24,886 bases of DNA from a virus (Duplodnaviria; Caudoviricetes), in the IMG/VR virus record IMGVR_UViG_3300031454_000246, positions 1 through 24,886 of that record; one strand, written 5' to 3'. Of the stretch, positions 1 through 8,636 are shown in pieces. A program made the translations under genes and the position numbers. Position 1 is the first letter of the stretch, and every line of letters starts with the position of its first letter. The notes beneath the pieces were generated by a model that was not told where the DNA came from, did not search any database, and worked only from the letters and a program-made list of their open reading frames with translations.

Positions 1-210
1 CTACACGGCGTGGGGTGACTGGGGGAGTGTTTCGACAGCGTGTACCGGGGACGCATCCGGTCCCGCCACGAGCACGTTGAGGGTCTTGCAACGCGGTCGT
101 TCGCACAGCACCTCGATCGTGCCCACGGTGACGGCGTGGCGCAGCAGCAGACGCTTGCAGCGCCGACAGCGCCACTCGCGCAACCCCGGTGTCGGCAAGC
201 TATCGTCCAT
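1..210 (-). CDS. Com-like zinc-ribbon protein (69 aa)
   Basis: REWRCRRCKRLL...IEVLCERPRCKTLN matches the two-knuckle pattern of Mu Com-family Zn ribbons; the start overlaps the tape measure stop. Confidence 0.75.
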   Translation of the reverse strand: MDDSLPTPGLREWRCRRCKRLLLRHAVTVGTIEVLCERPRCKTLNVLVAGPDASPVHAVETLPQSPHAV

Positions 211-3200
211 AGCCGCGCAACCTCGCCTCGCGGCGCTCCTCGCGCTTGAACCCCTCGACCGTGACGGTCGGCTCGGTGGACTGGATCGTGTAGTGATTCT
301 CGTGGTGGATGTGCGTCTCGCCGCCGCGTCCCCCGAGCGCCGCCATCTGATCCGCGTTGAAGACGCCCTCCGGCCCGGACTCGCCGAACGTGTAGCCGCG
401 CCCGGAGCGCACGCCGCGCCCGACGATCGGCTCGGTGATCACCCCGCCGTCGGCCATCCCGACGAAATCGACGTAATCGCGCGGGTTGACCGCGACGCCC
501 TGATCGCGGATCTCGAAGTGGACGTGGTCGCCGGTGCTGTCGCCGGTGCTGCCCTGGATGCCGAGCGGATCGCCGCGCGACAGGAGATCGCGCACGGAGG
601 TCGAGATGCTGGCGAGGTGGCCGTAGATCGACTCGATCCCGCCGCCGTGATCGATCGTCACCGCGTTGCCGTAGCCGCCCGCCGCCTTCGCCGACGCGAC
701 CGTGCCGAGCGCCCCCGCCATGACCGTCGACCTGGGCGGGCCGACCAGATCGATCCCGCTGTGCGCGCCGCTCTTGTAGTGCTGCTCCGAGAAATCGTTC
801 CGCCCGAACTCCTGGGAGACGCTGTACCGTGACAGCGGCGGCGACCAGCCATCCCACACCGGCCCGCGACCACCGGGGCTGTTGGGCGCGCTCGGGGCGG
901 GTGCGGGCGCGGAGACCGGCGCGGCGGTGCCGACCACCACGGCATCGGGGTTGTAGCGACCGCCCAGGGATTCGACCACCTGTTGCATGTGGCTCAGGTA
1001 ATCGGCCACGGTGTATTGGGGGTGGGTCGGGTCGATCCCGGCGTTGTAGTCGCCGGTCAGCCACATGGCGATGACCTCGCGCAGCGTGTGATCGCGATAG
1101 AGGCCGGTCGTCAGGTTGTCGAGCGCGGCGTTGATGCCCGATTCGCGCGAGTCGAAGATCGCGAAGTCGCGCGCCATCCCCTGCGTCGTGCCGGTCTGCC
1201 CCGTCCAATTGTTTCCCGTCAAGCCGGTGAAGTTGTTGTAGCGGGTCAGCCCGTCGTTCGGCGAGCCGTAGGCGCTCTCGTGTTCCAGGATGCCCATGAA
1301 GACGCTGGTGGGGACGCCGTGCGCGTGCGCCGCCGACACGATGGTGGACCCCATGCCGGAGAGCGCCCGCCCGCCGGGGATGCGCGCATCGACCAGTCCG
1401 GGCGACGGATCGCCCCAGCCCGCCCCCGGCGTGCCACGCCCGCCCGGCGCGACTTTCGGCGTGGCGGCCTTGAGCATCTTGTCGATCGACCCCAGCGCCC
1501 AGTCCTTGACCTTCCCGGCCAGTTTGCCGCCGATGTCGCCCAGGGCACCCGGCAGGCTGAGGTCGCCCAGCCCGACCGCGCCTTTCGCCTGATCGTAGAG
1601 CCAGCCCGCGCCCTTTTGCAGCACGCCGACGATCCCGCCGAGCGCGTCCAGCCCGCCCGCGAAACCGGGGAGTTTGGCCGGGCCGGACTGCGGGGGCGCG
1701 ACCGCCCCGGATCGCACCAGCCCCATGCTCTCCGCGTGCGTCATGACCTGCGCGCCCCTGGGCAGGTAGGCGAGTTCCGCGCCCGCGCCGCCCGGCCCCT
1801 CGCCGACCCACGCCATGCCACCGCCCCAGTTCTTCGTGCCGGTGGCGAGGCCGGCGGGGTCGATGGTCGCGCCGGGGATGGCACCTTCGATCTTGGGAGC
1901 GCTCAGTTTATCCGCCACCCAGTTCACCAACAGGCGCACGCCTTCGGCGAACGACCGCACCTTCTCTAACACCGTATTGAGCGCGCCGACCGCGTTCTTG
2001 CCGAAGCCGCCCATTATCCCGCCGATGGCGTCTTTTGCCGCCACGAAGCCGCTCAGGACGGCGTTCTTGACCGTGTCGGAGGCGTCGGTGAAAACCTTGG
2101 GCACGGTGGTGCCGATGAAGCTCGTGACCGAGCGCACGGTATCGGCGAACCACGTTCCCAACGTTCCGTTGCCCGCAGCGTCGAGGAAGCTGGACCAGAT
2201 GCCCATAAACGCCGCCCGGACGGCCTCATACTTCTCGGTGAATTTGCCGGGGATATGGGTGGCGATGAACGTATCCACCGCCGAGACGGCCTGGGTGAAC
2301 CAGTCGAAGAGCACCCCGCCGCTGCCGGGTGTGAGTATCTTGGTGAAGATGCCCATGAAGGCGTCCTTCACCGTGTCTATCGCCCCGGTGAACGTGCCGG
2401 GCAGTGTCACGGAGATGAAGGTTTTCGCCGTGCCGATGATGCCGGAGTCGCCATACCCGATCCAGGCGTCGAACGCCGCCAGTACACTCCCCGCGCCCGC
2501 GAAGATGCCCATGAACTTCTCGCGTACGGCCTGCTGCCCCGCGAAGAATTTCGCGGGGAGGGTGTCGGAGATGAAGGTCCAGGCGTCGGCGATGCGCGCG
2601 GTGAGCCACGACCCCAACGCTTCCTTGACCGACCCCGCACCCTCGAAGATCGTCATGAAGCCGGATTTGACGGCGCTCAACCCGGCGCTGAATTTCGCGG
2701 GGACATCGGTCGCGATGAACTGCCACACATCCGCGATCCGGTCGCGCTCCCACTGGCCGAACGCCGCGAGGACGCTCCCCGCACCCTCGAAGATGCCCAT
2801 GACGGCAGCGACCACCGTCTGTCGGGCGTCGCTGAATTTGCCCGGTATGGTGACGGTGATGAACGTTTTCGCCGCCGCCCCGAGTTCGGAGAACGCCCCA
2901 CCGACCGCCGACGTGATGCGGTCCCAAGTATCGGTGACATTCTTGCTGACCGCTGCCCACCCGTCAGACCACCACTTCTGGATCTCAGCAAGCTTGCCCT
3001 GAATACCTGTGCCGATCTCCGAGAACTTCCCGCCCACATCGTTTTTCATCTGCGTCAGCTTGTCGCGCACGGCGGTGCCCATGTCGGAGAATTGTTGCCC
3101 GGTGTCCACCAGGTATCGCGCTATGCGATCGTGGATGATGGTCCCCATCTCGGAGAATTGCTGCCCGGTATCATTCTTGTACTGCGTCAGCCGATCCCGG

Positions 3201-5716
3201 ATAACGGTTCCCATCTCGGAAAACTTGCCGCCGATCGTCGTGCCGATCTCGGTCAATTTATTCTGGACCGCGATTCCCATTTCAGAGAACTGCTGCCCGG
3301 TATCATTCTTATATTGCGTCACCCGGTCGCGGATCGTCGTGCCGATCTCGGAGAATTTGCCGCCAATCCAGACATGCAGCGCGACGCCCCAACCGTTGAC
3401 CGTGGCGCTGATGCCGTCGAGCGCCTTGCCGATCAGCGGGCCTGCGGTACGAACGAGGCCCACGATGCCATCCCAGGCGATCCGGGCGGCATTCTGGATG
3501 TACGCCCATGCGCCGTCCCAGTCGCCGCTGATCAGCGCCAGCAGGCCGCGCACGAGGTTGCCGATGACGCCGAGATAGGTGTTGATCGTGTTCTGGATCA
3601 GCGCCCATGCCCGGCCCAGCACCGCCACTATCTGATCGCCGTGCGCGACGAGGAACCCCGCGACCGCGCCGAAGATCGCCTGGGCCTGGGTCCAGAGCCA
3701 GGTCGCCGCCGCGATCACCTTGGTGGAGACGGACTCCCAGGCGGCGCTCAGTTGGGGTAGGATGTCCGTCCAGAACGCCGAGAGGCGCGCGCCGAGAGCG
3801 GCCAGGACCGGCTGTAACCAGGCCCACACCGCCGCGACCTTGCCCTGGATGTCGCCCCAGTTATTCGCCCAGGCTACGCCCAGCAGGGTGATGATCGCGA
3901 CTATGGCGGCGATGGCGAGCGTGACCGGCCCGCCGAGCAGCGCCACGATCACCCCGAAAGCGGCGCTGCCCCCCGTGACGACAGCGGATAACGCGCCCCA
4001 GACGGCGATCGCGGTCGTCACCCAGCCGACCACGGTGGCGATGATCGAGAAGGCGGCGAACGCCGCCGCCCCGATCGCCACCACCTTGGCGATCGTCCCC
4101 ATGTGGTCGCGGATGAAGCCCGCGACCTGTTGCACGGCGGGCAGGACCTGGTTAAAGAACACGTCCTTGGCGGTCAGCGCGAAATCGCGCAGGCGCAGGG
4201 CGAAGTCCCCGACCGCGCGCACGGCGGGCTGCACGGTGTCATCCCCGACCCACTTCCCGGTGAGGGCTTGCTGCACGGTCAGGAAACCGTCGCGGACGAG
4301 CTGGAAGTTCCGCAACAGATCGGAGATGAATAGGGCGGCCTTGGCGCTCGTCCCCGGCCCGAATACCGCGTCGAGCGCGGCGAGCAGCGGCCCGAACGCG
4401 GCGTTGAAGTCGCCGGTCTGGAAGGCGGTCAGCAGCCCGCCCGCCGCATCCTTGACGGGGCCGAGCATGGCGACGGCGTCGCGCCCGAAGCCGAGGAGCG
4501 CCTTGCCACCCTCCGTCACCTTCGCCGCGAGGACGGGTCCGTAGGTTTCGAGCAAGGGGATCGCGGCATTGACGGCCCGTGTCCCCCAGTCGATCAGCTT
4601 GCGCCCATACGGGAGGAACACCCGCCCGATCGTGATCCCGGCGGTTTCGAGCGAGCCTTTGAGTTGCTCGATCGACCCGGCGGTGTTGTTCAGCCGTTCC
4701 AACCCGACCGACTCCGCCGTGACGAGGCCCATCTTCGCGGCCATCTCGGCGAACCCCGCGCCGCCCGATTTGGCGAAGACCGTCGCTGCACGCACGGCAT
4801 CCGACCCGAAGATCGTCTCCAACGCCATCTGTCGCTGGGCGTCGGTCAGCCCGGCGGTCGAGTTCTGCAACAGATCGGCGATCTGCGCCATCGATTTGAA
4901 CGAACCATTGGCATTGATGAATTGATTGGTGCCATCCTCGGTGATCAGCCCGAGTTCGCGCATCGCCTTGGTTTGCGCCTTCGTCGTGGGCTGGAGGTTC
5001 GAGAGCATGGTTTTGAGGCTCGTCCCGGCGTCGCTGCCGACCAGCCCCTTGGCACCCATCACGGCGATCGCCTGGGCCACGTCATCGAATGACTGCCCGG
5101 CCCCGTCGGCCACCGCCCCGACCTGGTTGAGCGCGAACTTGAAATCCGTCACGGAGAGCGACGAGGCATTCGCCGCGCCCGCGATCAGGTCGCTGACGTG
5201 GGCCATGTCGGAGCCTTTGAGCGAGAAGACATTCATCGCGGTCGCGGCGATCGCGGCGGCGTCGGGGAGGCTCACCCCGCCCGCTGCGGCGAGGTTCAGG
5301 ACGGCTTGGGCCGCGCCGTCCATGATTTGCGGCACGGTTAGCCCGCCCTTAACAAGTTCCTCGATCCCCGCCGCCGCCTGGGATGCGCTGAATGACGTGT
5401 CCTTCCCCAGCTTCAGCGCGAGGGAGGACAACTGGTCCATTTCCTCGCCGGTCGCGTTGGAGACGGCCTTGACGCCGCTCATGGTCTTCTCGAATGTGGA
5501 GGCCGCCCCGATGCTGCCGGAGAACGCGCCGCCGACGAGTTCGATCCCCTTCTGGACGACCGCGAAGCCGACGCCGAGCAGCGCCCCCTTCAGGACCGTG
5601 CCGAAGCCGCCCGCCGATTTTTCGAGCGTGCCGAGTCGCCGCTCCACCTGATCGGTGGTGCGGAGGAAATTCTCGGCGGACGCTTGGTAGCGAAAACTTA
5701 TCACCGTACTTGTCAT
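200..5716 (-). CDS. Tail tape measure protein (TP901-like N-terminal core) with C-terminal glucosaminidase/lysozyme-like and M23 peptidase domains
   Basis: 1838 aa and Ala/Gly-rich; N-terminal TSFSASQAA...AGTSLKTML core; hydrophobic segments; periodic Trp/Phe repeats; ILEHESAYG...NNFTGL; M23 motifs HSGID, YGHL and HVHFE; lies downstream of the tail chaperones. Confidence 0.95.
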   Translation of the reverse strand: MTSTVISFRYQASAENFLRTTDQVERRLGTLEKSAGGFGTVLKGALLGVGFAVVQKGIELVGGAFSGSIGAASTFEKTMSGVKAVSNATGEEMDQLSSLALKLGKDTSFSASQAAAGIEELVKGGLTVPQIMDGAAQAVLNLAAAGGVSLPDAAAIAATAMNVFSLKGSDMAHVSDLIAGAANASSLSVTDFKFALNQVGAVADGAGQSFDDVAQAIAVMGAKGLVGSDAGTSLKTMLSNLQPTTKAQTKAMRELGLITEDGTNQFINANGSFKSMAQIADLLQNSTAGLTDAQRQMALETIFGSDAVRAATVFAKSGGAGFAEMAAKMGLVTAESVGLERLNNTAGSIEQLKGSLETAGITIGRVFLPYGRKLIDWGTRAVNAAIPLLETYGPVLAAKVTEGGKALLGFGRDAVAMLGPVKDAAGGLLTAFQTGDFNAAFGPLLAALDAVFGPGTSAKAALFISDLLRNFQLVRDGFLTVQQALTGKWVGDDTVQPAVRAVGDFALRLRDFALTAKDVFFNQVLPAVQQVAGFIRDHMGTIAKVVAIGAAAFAAFSIIATVVGWVTTAIAVWGALSAVVTGGSAAFGVIVALLGGPVTLAIAAIVAIITLLGVAWANNWGDIQGKVAAVWAWLQPVLAALGARLSAFWTDILPQLSAAWESVSTKVIAAATWLWTQAQAIFGAVAGFLVAHGDQIVAVLGRAWALIQNTINTYLGVIGNLVRGLLALISGDWDGAWAYIQNAARIAWDGIVGLVRTAGPLIGKALDGISATVNGWGVALHVWIGGKFSEIGTTIRDRVTQYKNDTGQQFSEMGIAVQNKLTEIGTTIGGKFSEMGTVIRDRLTQYKNDTGQQFSEMGTIIHDRIARYLVDTGQQFSDMGTAVRDKLTQMKNDVGGKFSEIGTGIQGKLAEIQKWWSDGWAAVSKNVTDTWDRITSAVGGAFSELGAAAKTFITVTIPGKFSDARQTVVAAVMGIFEGAGSVLAAFGQWERDRIADVWQFIATDVPAKFSAGLSAVKSGFMTIFEGAGSVKEALGSWLTARIADAWTFISDTLPAKFFAGQQAVREKFMGIFAGAGSVLAAFDAWIGYGDSGIIGTAKTFISVTLPGTFTGAIDTVKDAFMGIFTKILTPGSGGVLFDWFTQAVSAVDTFIATHIPGKFTEKYEAVRAAFMGIWSSFLDAAGNGTLGTWFADTVRSVTSFIGTTVPKVFTDASDTVKNAVLSGFVAAKDAIGGIMGGFGKNAVGALNTVLEKVRSFAEGVRLLVNWVADKLSAPKIEGAIPGATIDPAGLATGTKNWGGGMAWVGEGPGGAGAELAYLPRGAQVMTHAESMGLVRSGAVAPPQSGPAKLPGFAGGLDALGGIVGVLQKGAGWLYDQAKGAVGLGDLSLPGALGDIGGKLAGKVKDWALGSIDKMLKAATPKVAPGGRGTPGAGWGDPSPGLVDARIPGGRALSGMGSTIVSAAHAHGVPTSVFMGILEHESAYGSPNDGLTRYNNFTGLTGNNWTGQTGTTQGMARDFAIFDSRESGINAALDNLTTGLYRDHTLREVIAMWLTGDYNAGIDPTHPQYTVADYLSHMQQVVESLGGRYNPDAVVVGTAAPVSAPAPAPSAPNSPGGRGPVWDGWSPPLSRYSVSQEFGRNDFSEQHYKSGAHSGIDLVGPPRSTVMAGALGTVASAKAAGGYGNAVTIDHGGGIESIYGHLASISTSVRDLLSRGDPLGIQGSTGDSTGDHVHFEIRDQGVAVNPRDYVDFVGMADGGVITEPIVGRGVRSGRGYTFGESGPEGVFNADQMAALGGRGGETHIHHENHYTIQSTEPTVTVEGFKREERREARLRGYGR
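2090..2870 (-). repeat. About 48-aa tandem protein repeats in the tape measure (about 6 copies)
   Basis: Recurring (T/Q)FIxxx(I/V/L)P(G/A)KF...FMxIFxGAGSV; the first two units are 48 aa apart; boundaries approximate. Confidence 0.8.
3005..3365 (-). repeat. 22-aa (11-mer based) repeats in the tape measure
   Basis: GGKFSE(I/M)G and TQYKNDTGQQFSEMG recur; DNA repeats such as gtgccgatctc and tgctgcccggtatcattct. Confidence 0.85.
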
Positions 5717-5740
5717 TTTAGCCTGTCCCCATGCGGAAAG

Positions 5741-5750
5741 TGGTATACTT
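5741..5750 (+). promoter_or_regulatory. Extended -10 promoter (TGnTATACT) for the HNH cassette
   Basis: TGGTATACTT; the same 10-mer precedes tnpB at 7446-7455. Confidence 0.65.
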
Positions 5751-5755
5751 AGATC

Positions 5756-5850
5756 GGGATAGGCACGGAGTAATTACCCGTGCCGAACGGCGGGCGACCC
5801 TGACCCGCCTTCCCACACCACTCAGGGATACACAGCAGGGAGTGTGGTTT
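5756..5850 (+). ncRNA. Structured 5' leader RNA (three-way junction plus pseudoknot) upstream of the HNH gene
   Basis: GGGA 5756-59/TCCC 5811-14; GGCACGG 5762-68/CCGTGCC 5778-84; GGCGGG 5789-94/CCCGCC 5804-09; loop CCCTGA 5798-5803 complementary to TCAGGG 5822-27. Confidence 0.6.
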
Positions 5851-5852
5851 TC

Positions 5853-6533
5853 ATGGACGGACAACGGGCAGAAACCAAGACGTGCAAGAGATGCCACGCG
5901 CAAAAGAGCGTGGGTGATTACTTCTCCTTTGTCGATAAGAGCAACGGACGGCGATACTATTTCTCGCGCTGCAAGCCGTGTCAGATCATCTGGCAACGAG
6001 AACGTCGACAAGCGGAGCGTATCGTTCGTCGCGCGGTGGCCCAATATGGCGCTGGGCAGCAAGTGGCGATAGCGTGCGCGGGTTGTGCTACTCGCTTCTT
6101 CGTAGCCTTTGGGCACGATCAGCGGAAGTATTGCAGCAACGCGTGCTACTATCGCCGCAAGATAGGGCATATCGCTATGTCCTGTGTCGTTTGCGGCACG
6201 CAGTTTACCGTGCAGCCTTCTCACCACCACTTGCGCACCTGCTCGCCGGAATGCGCGAGCACCAATCGCTCGGAGGGTCAGCGAAAGAATCCCACCACCC
6301 CCCGGACGCGCTGCAAGTACCAGGCGTGGCGGAAGGTTCGACAGCAAGTCATCGACCGCGACGGCAACGCTTGCGTGACCTGTGGTACGAGTAAGCAGTT
6401 GTCGGTCCACCACATCACCCCCTGGCGTGTCAGTCACGATGACTCGCTGACGAACCTTGTCACGCTCTGTCGCTCCTGCCACATGAAGCTGGAATGGCGC
6501 GACTACCGGGGACGTATCTGTACCGACTCATGA
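5853..6533 (+). CDS. HNH endonuclease with three N-terminal Cys4 Zn-finger modules (free-standing homing endonuclease-like)
   Basis: CKRC..CKPC, CAGC..YCSNAC and CVVC..TCSPEC, then RDGNACVTCG...VHHI...NLVTLCRSCH; GGGAG SD upstream of the ATG at 5853; opposite strand to the tail operon. Confidence 0.9.
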   Translation: MDGQRAETKTCKRCHAQKSVGDYFSFVDKSNGRRYYFSRCKPCQIIWQRERRQAERIVRRAVAQYGAGQQVAIACAGCATRFFVAFGHDQRKYCSNACYYRRKIGHIAMSCVVCGTQFTVQPSHHHLRTCSPECASTNRSEGQRKNPTTPRTRCKYQAWRKVRQQVIDRDGNACVTCGTSKQLSVHHITPWRVSHDDSLTNLVTLCRSCHMKLEWRDYRGRICTDS

Positions 6534-6555
6534 TCGTCGCCACCGGGCCTCGATC

Positions 6556-6933
6556 CTAGTTGCGCGAGGCGATCAGCGCGTCGCGCGTCTGTCCCATGCG
6601 CGCCATCAGTCGGGCGGCGTTGTCGGCTTGCTCCTCCGCCGTCGGCTCGTCAGCGATCTCGCCGTCCCACATGGCGTCGAAGTCGAGCAGGAAATCGTTC
6701 GTCGTGAACGGCTGCGGGCGCTGTTTCGGGTCGCGGTTCACGTTGGCGATCACGGACGCGATGTGCGCCGCTTGGAGGTCGCCGCGCGCCTCCCCGAACG
6801 GCTCGCGCGCCGCGAACACCTGCCAGGCGACGAATTCCCGCGCGCTCATCCGCGCGCCGAGTTCATCCACGGTCATGCCCAGAACGAGCGCTAGTCGGTG
6901 GAGGAATCGCCGTTCTGGGCGTCGCCGAAATCC
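6556..6933 (-). CDS. Tail assembly chaperone T segment (translated as a G-T fusion by -1 frameshift)
   Basis: RRFLHRLALVLGMTVDEL..RMSAREF..W..F...EPFG..R.D resembles lambda gpT/DUF4035-type segments; lies in the -1 frame relative to G and overlaps its 3' end. Confidence 0.8.
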   Translation of the reverse strand, partial: GFRRRPERRFLHRLALVLGMTVDELGARMSAREFVAWQVFAAREPFGEARGDLQAAHIASVIANVNRDPKQRPQPFTTNDFLLDFDAMWDGEIADEPTAEEQADNAARLMARMGQTRDALIASRN

Positions 6934-7361
6934 TCGGCGACTTCCTCTTCCTCCGCATCCGTGATCCCGGAGAGGCGCGCGGCCACGTCGAAGACCAACT
7001 TCAGCGCCGCGCCGTTCTTGTTCTTCAGTGCCTCCACGTCGCTGGCGTCGAAGAGCCGCCGCGCGCCGGGTTCCGGGCTCTCGACCGCGCAGCGCGCCAC
7101 CACGCGCGACTGGAAGAGGTCGGTGTCTACGCGGACCTTGTTGCCCTGGCCCCGGCGCATCGACTTGTAGAAGTTGTCGAGTTCGCCGGCCGTCATGCCC
7201 CGGACGTAGAGCGAGCCGCCCCACGCGGGTACGTTGACCAGCTCCACCTGATCGTCCTTGGCGCTGAGGATCGCGTCGCGCGACAGCAGCACCATGATCG
7301 GCGCGTGCTGCGCCTGCGGCTCCCGGCGATCGTCCCCCTGCTGCTGCGTGTGTCCCTCCAC
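6891..7361 (-). CDS. Tail assembly chaperone G
   Basis: LLSRDAIL...VNVPAWGGSLYVRGMTAGE.D...LSG with an acidic tail; lies between tail tube and tape measure. Confidence 0.85.
   Translation of the reverse strand: MEGHTQQQGDDRREPQAQHAPIMVLLSRDAILSAKDDQVELVNVPAWGGSLYVRGMTAGELDNFYKSMRRGQGNKVRVDTDLFQSRVVARCAVESPEPGARRLFDASDVEALKNKNGAALKLVFDVAARLSGITDAEEEEVAEDFGDAQNGDSSTD
6927..6933 (-). other. Candidate -1 slippery site G GAT TTC
   Basis: Near the end of G; a -1 slip reads GGA TTT CGG... into the T frame. Confidence 0.55.
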
Positions 7362-7445
7362 GATGCCGCCCCTCTTTCGTGCCCCCTACGTCCCATGCGG
7401 GGTCACTGCCCCGCTTCCATAGATAATGCGAAAACTCGCCGCATA

Positions 7446-7455
7446 TGGTATACTT
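7446..7455 (+). promoter_or_regulatory. Extended -10 for a leaderless tnpB transcript
   Basis: TGG TATACT, then 6 nt, then the ATG at 7461, with no SD. Confidence 0.65.
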
Positions 7456-7460
7456 GCCGC

Positions 7461-8636
7461 ATGGACAGGACGTTGCGCGTGTGCCTCCAACCCACCCCCG
7501 AACAGGCCACCTTGCTGGCGGAGACGACGCGCCAATTCACGGCGGTCTTCAACGCGGTCTGCGCCCACGGCTACGCGGCGGGCGAGCAGAACGGCGTCCG
7601 GTTGCACCACGCGACCTACTATCCGCAGAAGGCGATATGGCCCGCGCTGGTGAGCGACCACCACATCCAGGCGCGCGTCAAGGCCACCGAGGCGGTCAAG
7701 TCGGCGCTGGCGCTGGCGAAAAAGGGGCGCAAGGTTTCGGCCCCGCGCTCCCGGTCCTGCCCGCCGCGCTATAACGTCCACACGTTCAAGGTCGATTGGG
7801 CGCGCGGCGTGGTCCGCTTGTCCACCACGGGCGGCAAGCAGGATGTCTGGTTCACCGTCCCGGCCTACGCCGCACCCTATGTCGGTGGGAAGGTCTGCAC
7901 CGCCGACCTGATCCACCGCGACGGCAAGTGGTATCTGCACATCGTGGTAGACCTGCCCGCGCCGGAAGTCGCGCCGACTGCGGAGGTGGTCGGCGTTGAT
8001 CTGGGCCTCGCCCAACCCGCCGTGACGAGTCAGGCCCGCTTCCTGGGGAAGAAGGCGTGGCGCAACACCGAGGCGCGGTACTTCAAGCAGCGCCGCGCCC
8101 TGCAAGCCAGGGGCAGCAAGAGTGCGCGACGGCACCTGCGACGCGTCAAGGGGAAGCAACTCCGCTTCCGGCGCGACTGCGATCACGTCCTGAGCAAGCG
8201 CATCGTGCAGAGCGTCGGACCCGGCGCAACGATTGTCGTGGAGAATCTGACCAACATTCGCGCCCGCATCAAGCCGCGCCAGGGGAAGCAGGCGCGGCGC
8301 ATCCACGGCTGGTCCTTCGCCCAGTTGCGCGGATTTATCGAGTACAAGGCAGAGTCGCGGGGTTGTACGGTGGCCGGGGTTGACCCCAGGCACACCTCCC
8401 AGGCATGTAGCCGGTGTGGGCACATTGCCCGCAACAACCGCCGCTCCCGGTCGCTGTTCTGTTGTCGGCAGTGCGGCTACACCGCTCATGCTGACCACAA
8501 CGCCTCCGTCAATATCGCTGCCAAGTACCGTGCTAGCATCGGCTGGCCTCTTGCTAGCGGGCGGTCTGTCAACCCGCCTATCGTCTCGGATTCCGGCACC
8601 TCGCCGGAAGTGCCAGGGACAAGCTCCCGGCTTTAG
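7461..8636 (+). CDS. tnpB: RNA-guided endonuclease TnpB (391 aa)
   Basis: N-terminal L.PTPEQ; RuvC motifs GVDLG, VVENL and HADHNA; Zn finger TSQACSRCG...FCCRQCG. Confidence 0.95.
   Translation: MDRTLRVCLQPTPEQATLLAETTRQFTAVFNAVCAHGYAAGEQNGVRLHHATYYPQKAIWPALVSDHHIQARVKATEAVKSALALAKKGRKVSAPRSRSCPPRYNVHTFKVDWARGVVRLSTTGGKQDVWFTVPAYAAPYVGGKVCTADLIHRDGKWYLHIVVDLPAPEVAPTAEVVGVDLGLAQPAVTSQARFLGKKAWRNTEARYFKQRRALQARGSKSARRHLRRVKGKQLRFRRDCDHVLSKRIVQSVGPGATIVVENLTNIRARIKPRQGKQARRIHGWSFAQLRGFIEYKAESRGCTVAGVDPRHTSQACSRCGHIARNNRRSRSLFCCRQCGYTAHADHNASVNIAAKYRASIGWPLASGRSVNPPIVSDSGTSPEVPGTSSRL

Noticed and set aside
5756-5850. Hammerhead or HDV-like ribozyme, tRNA, or IscB omegaRNA
   Set aside because: No CUGAnGA/GAAA core, no cloverleaf or T-loop, and the downstream protein lacks RuvC
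7305-7460. Extended tnpB N-terminus in the ORF track
   Set aside because: Overlaps the G gene and the element end; the TnpB motif starts at the ATG at 7461, right after a -10 box
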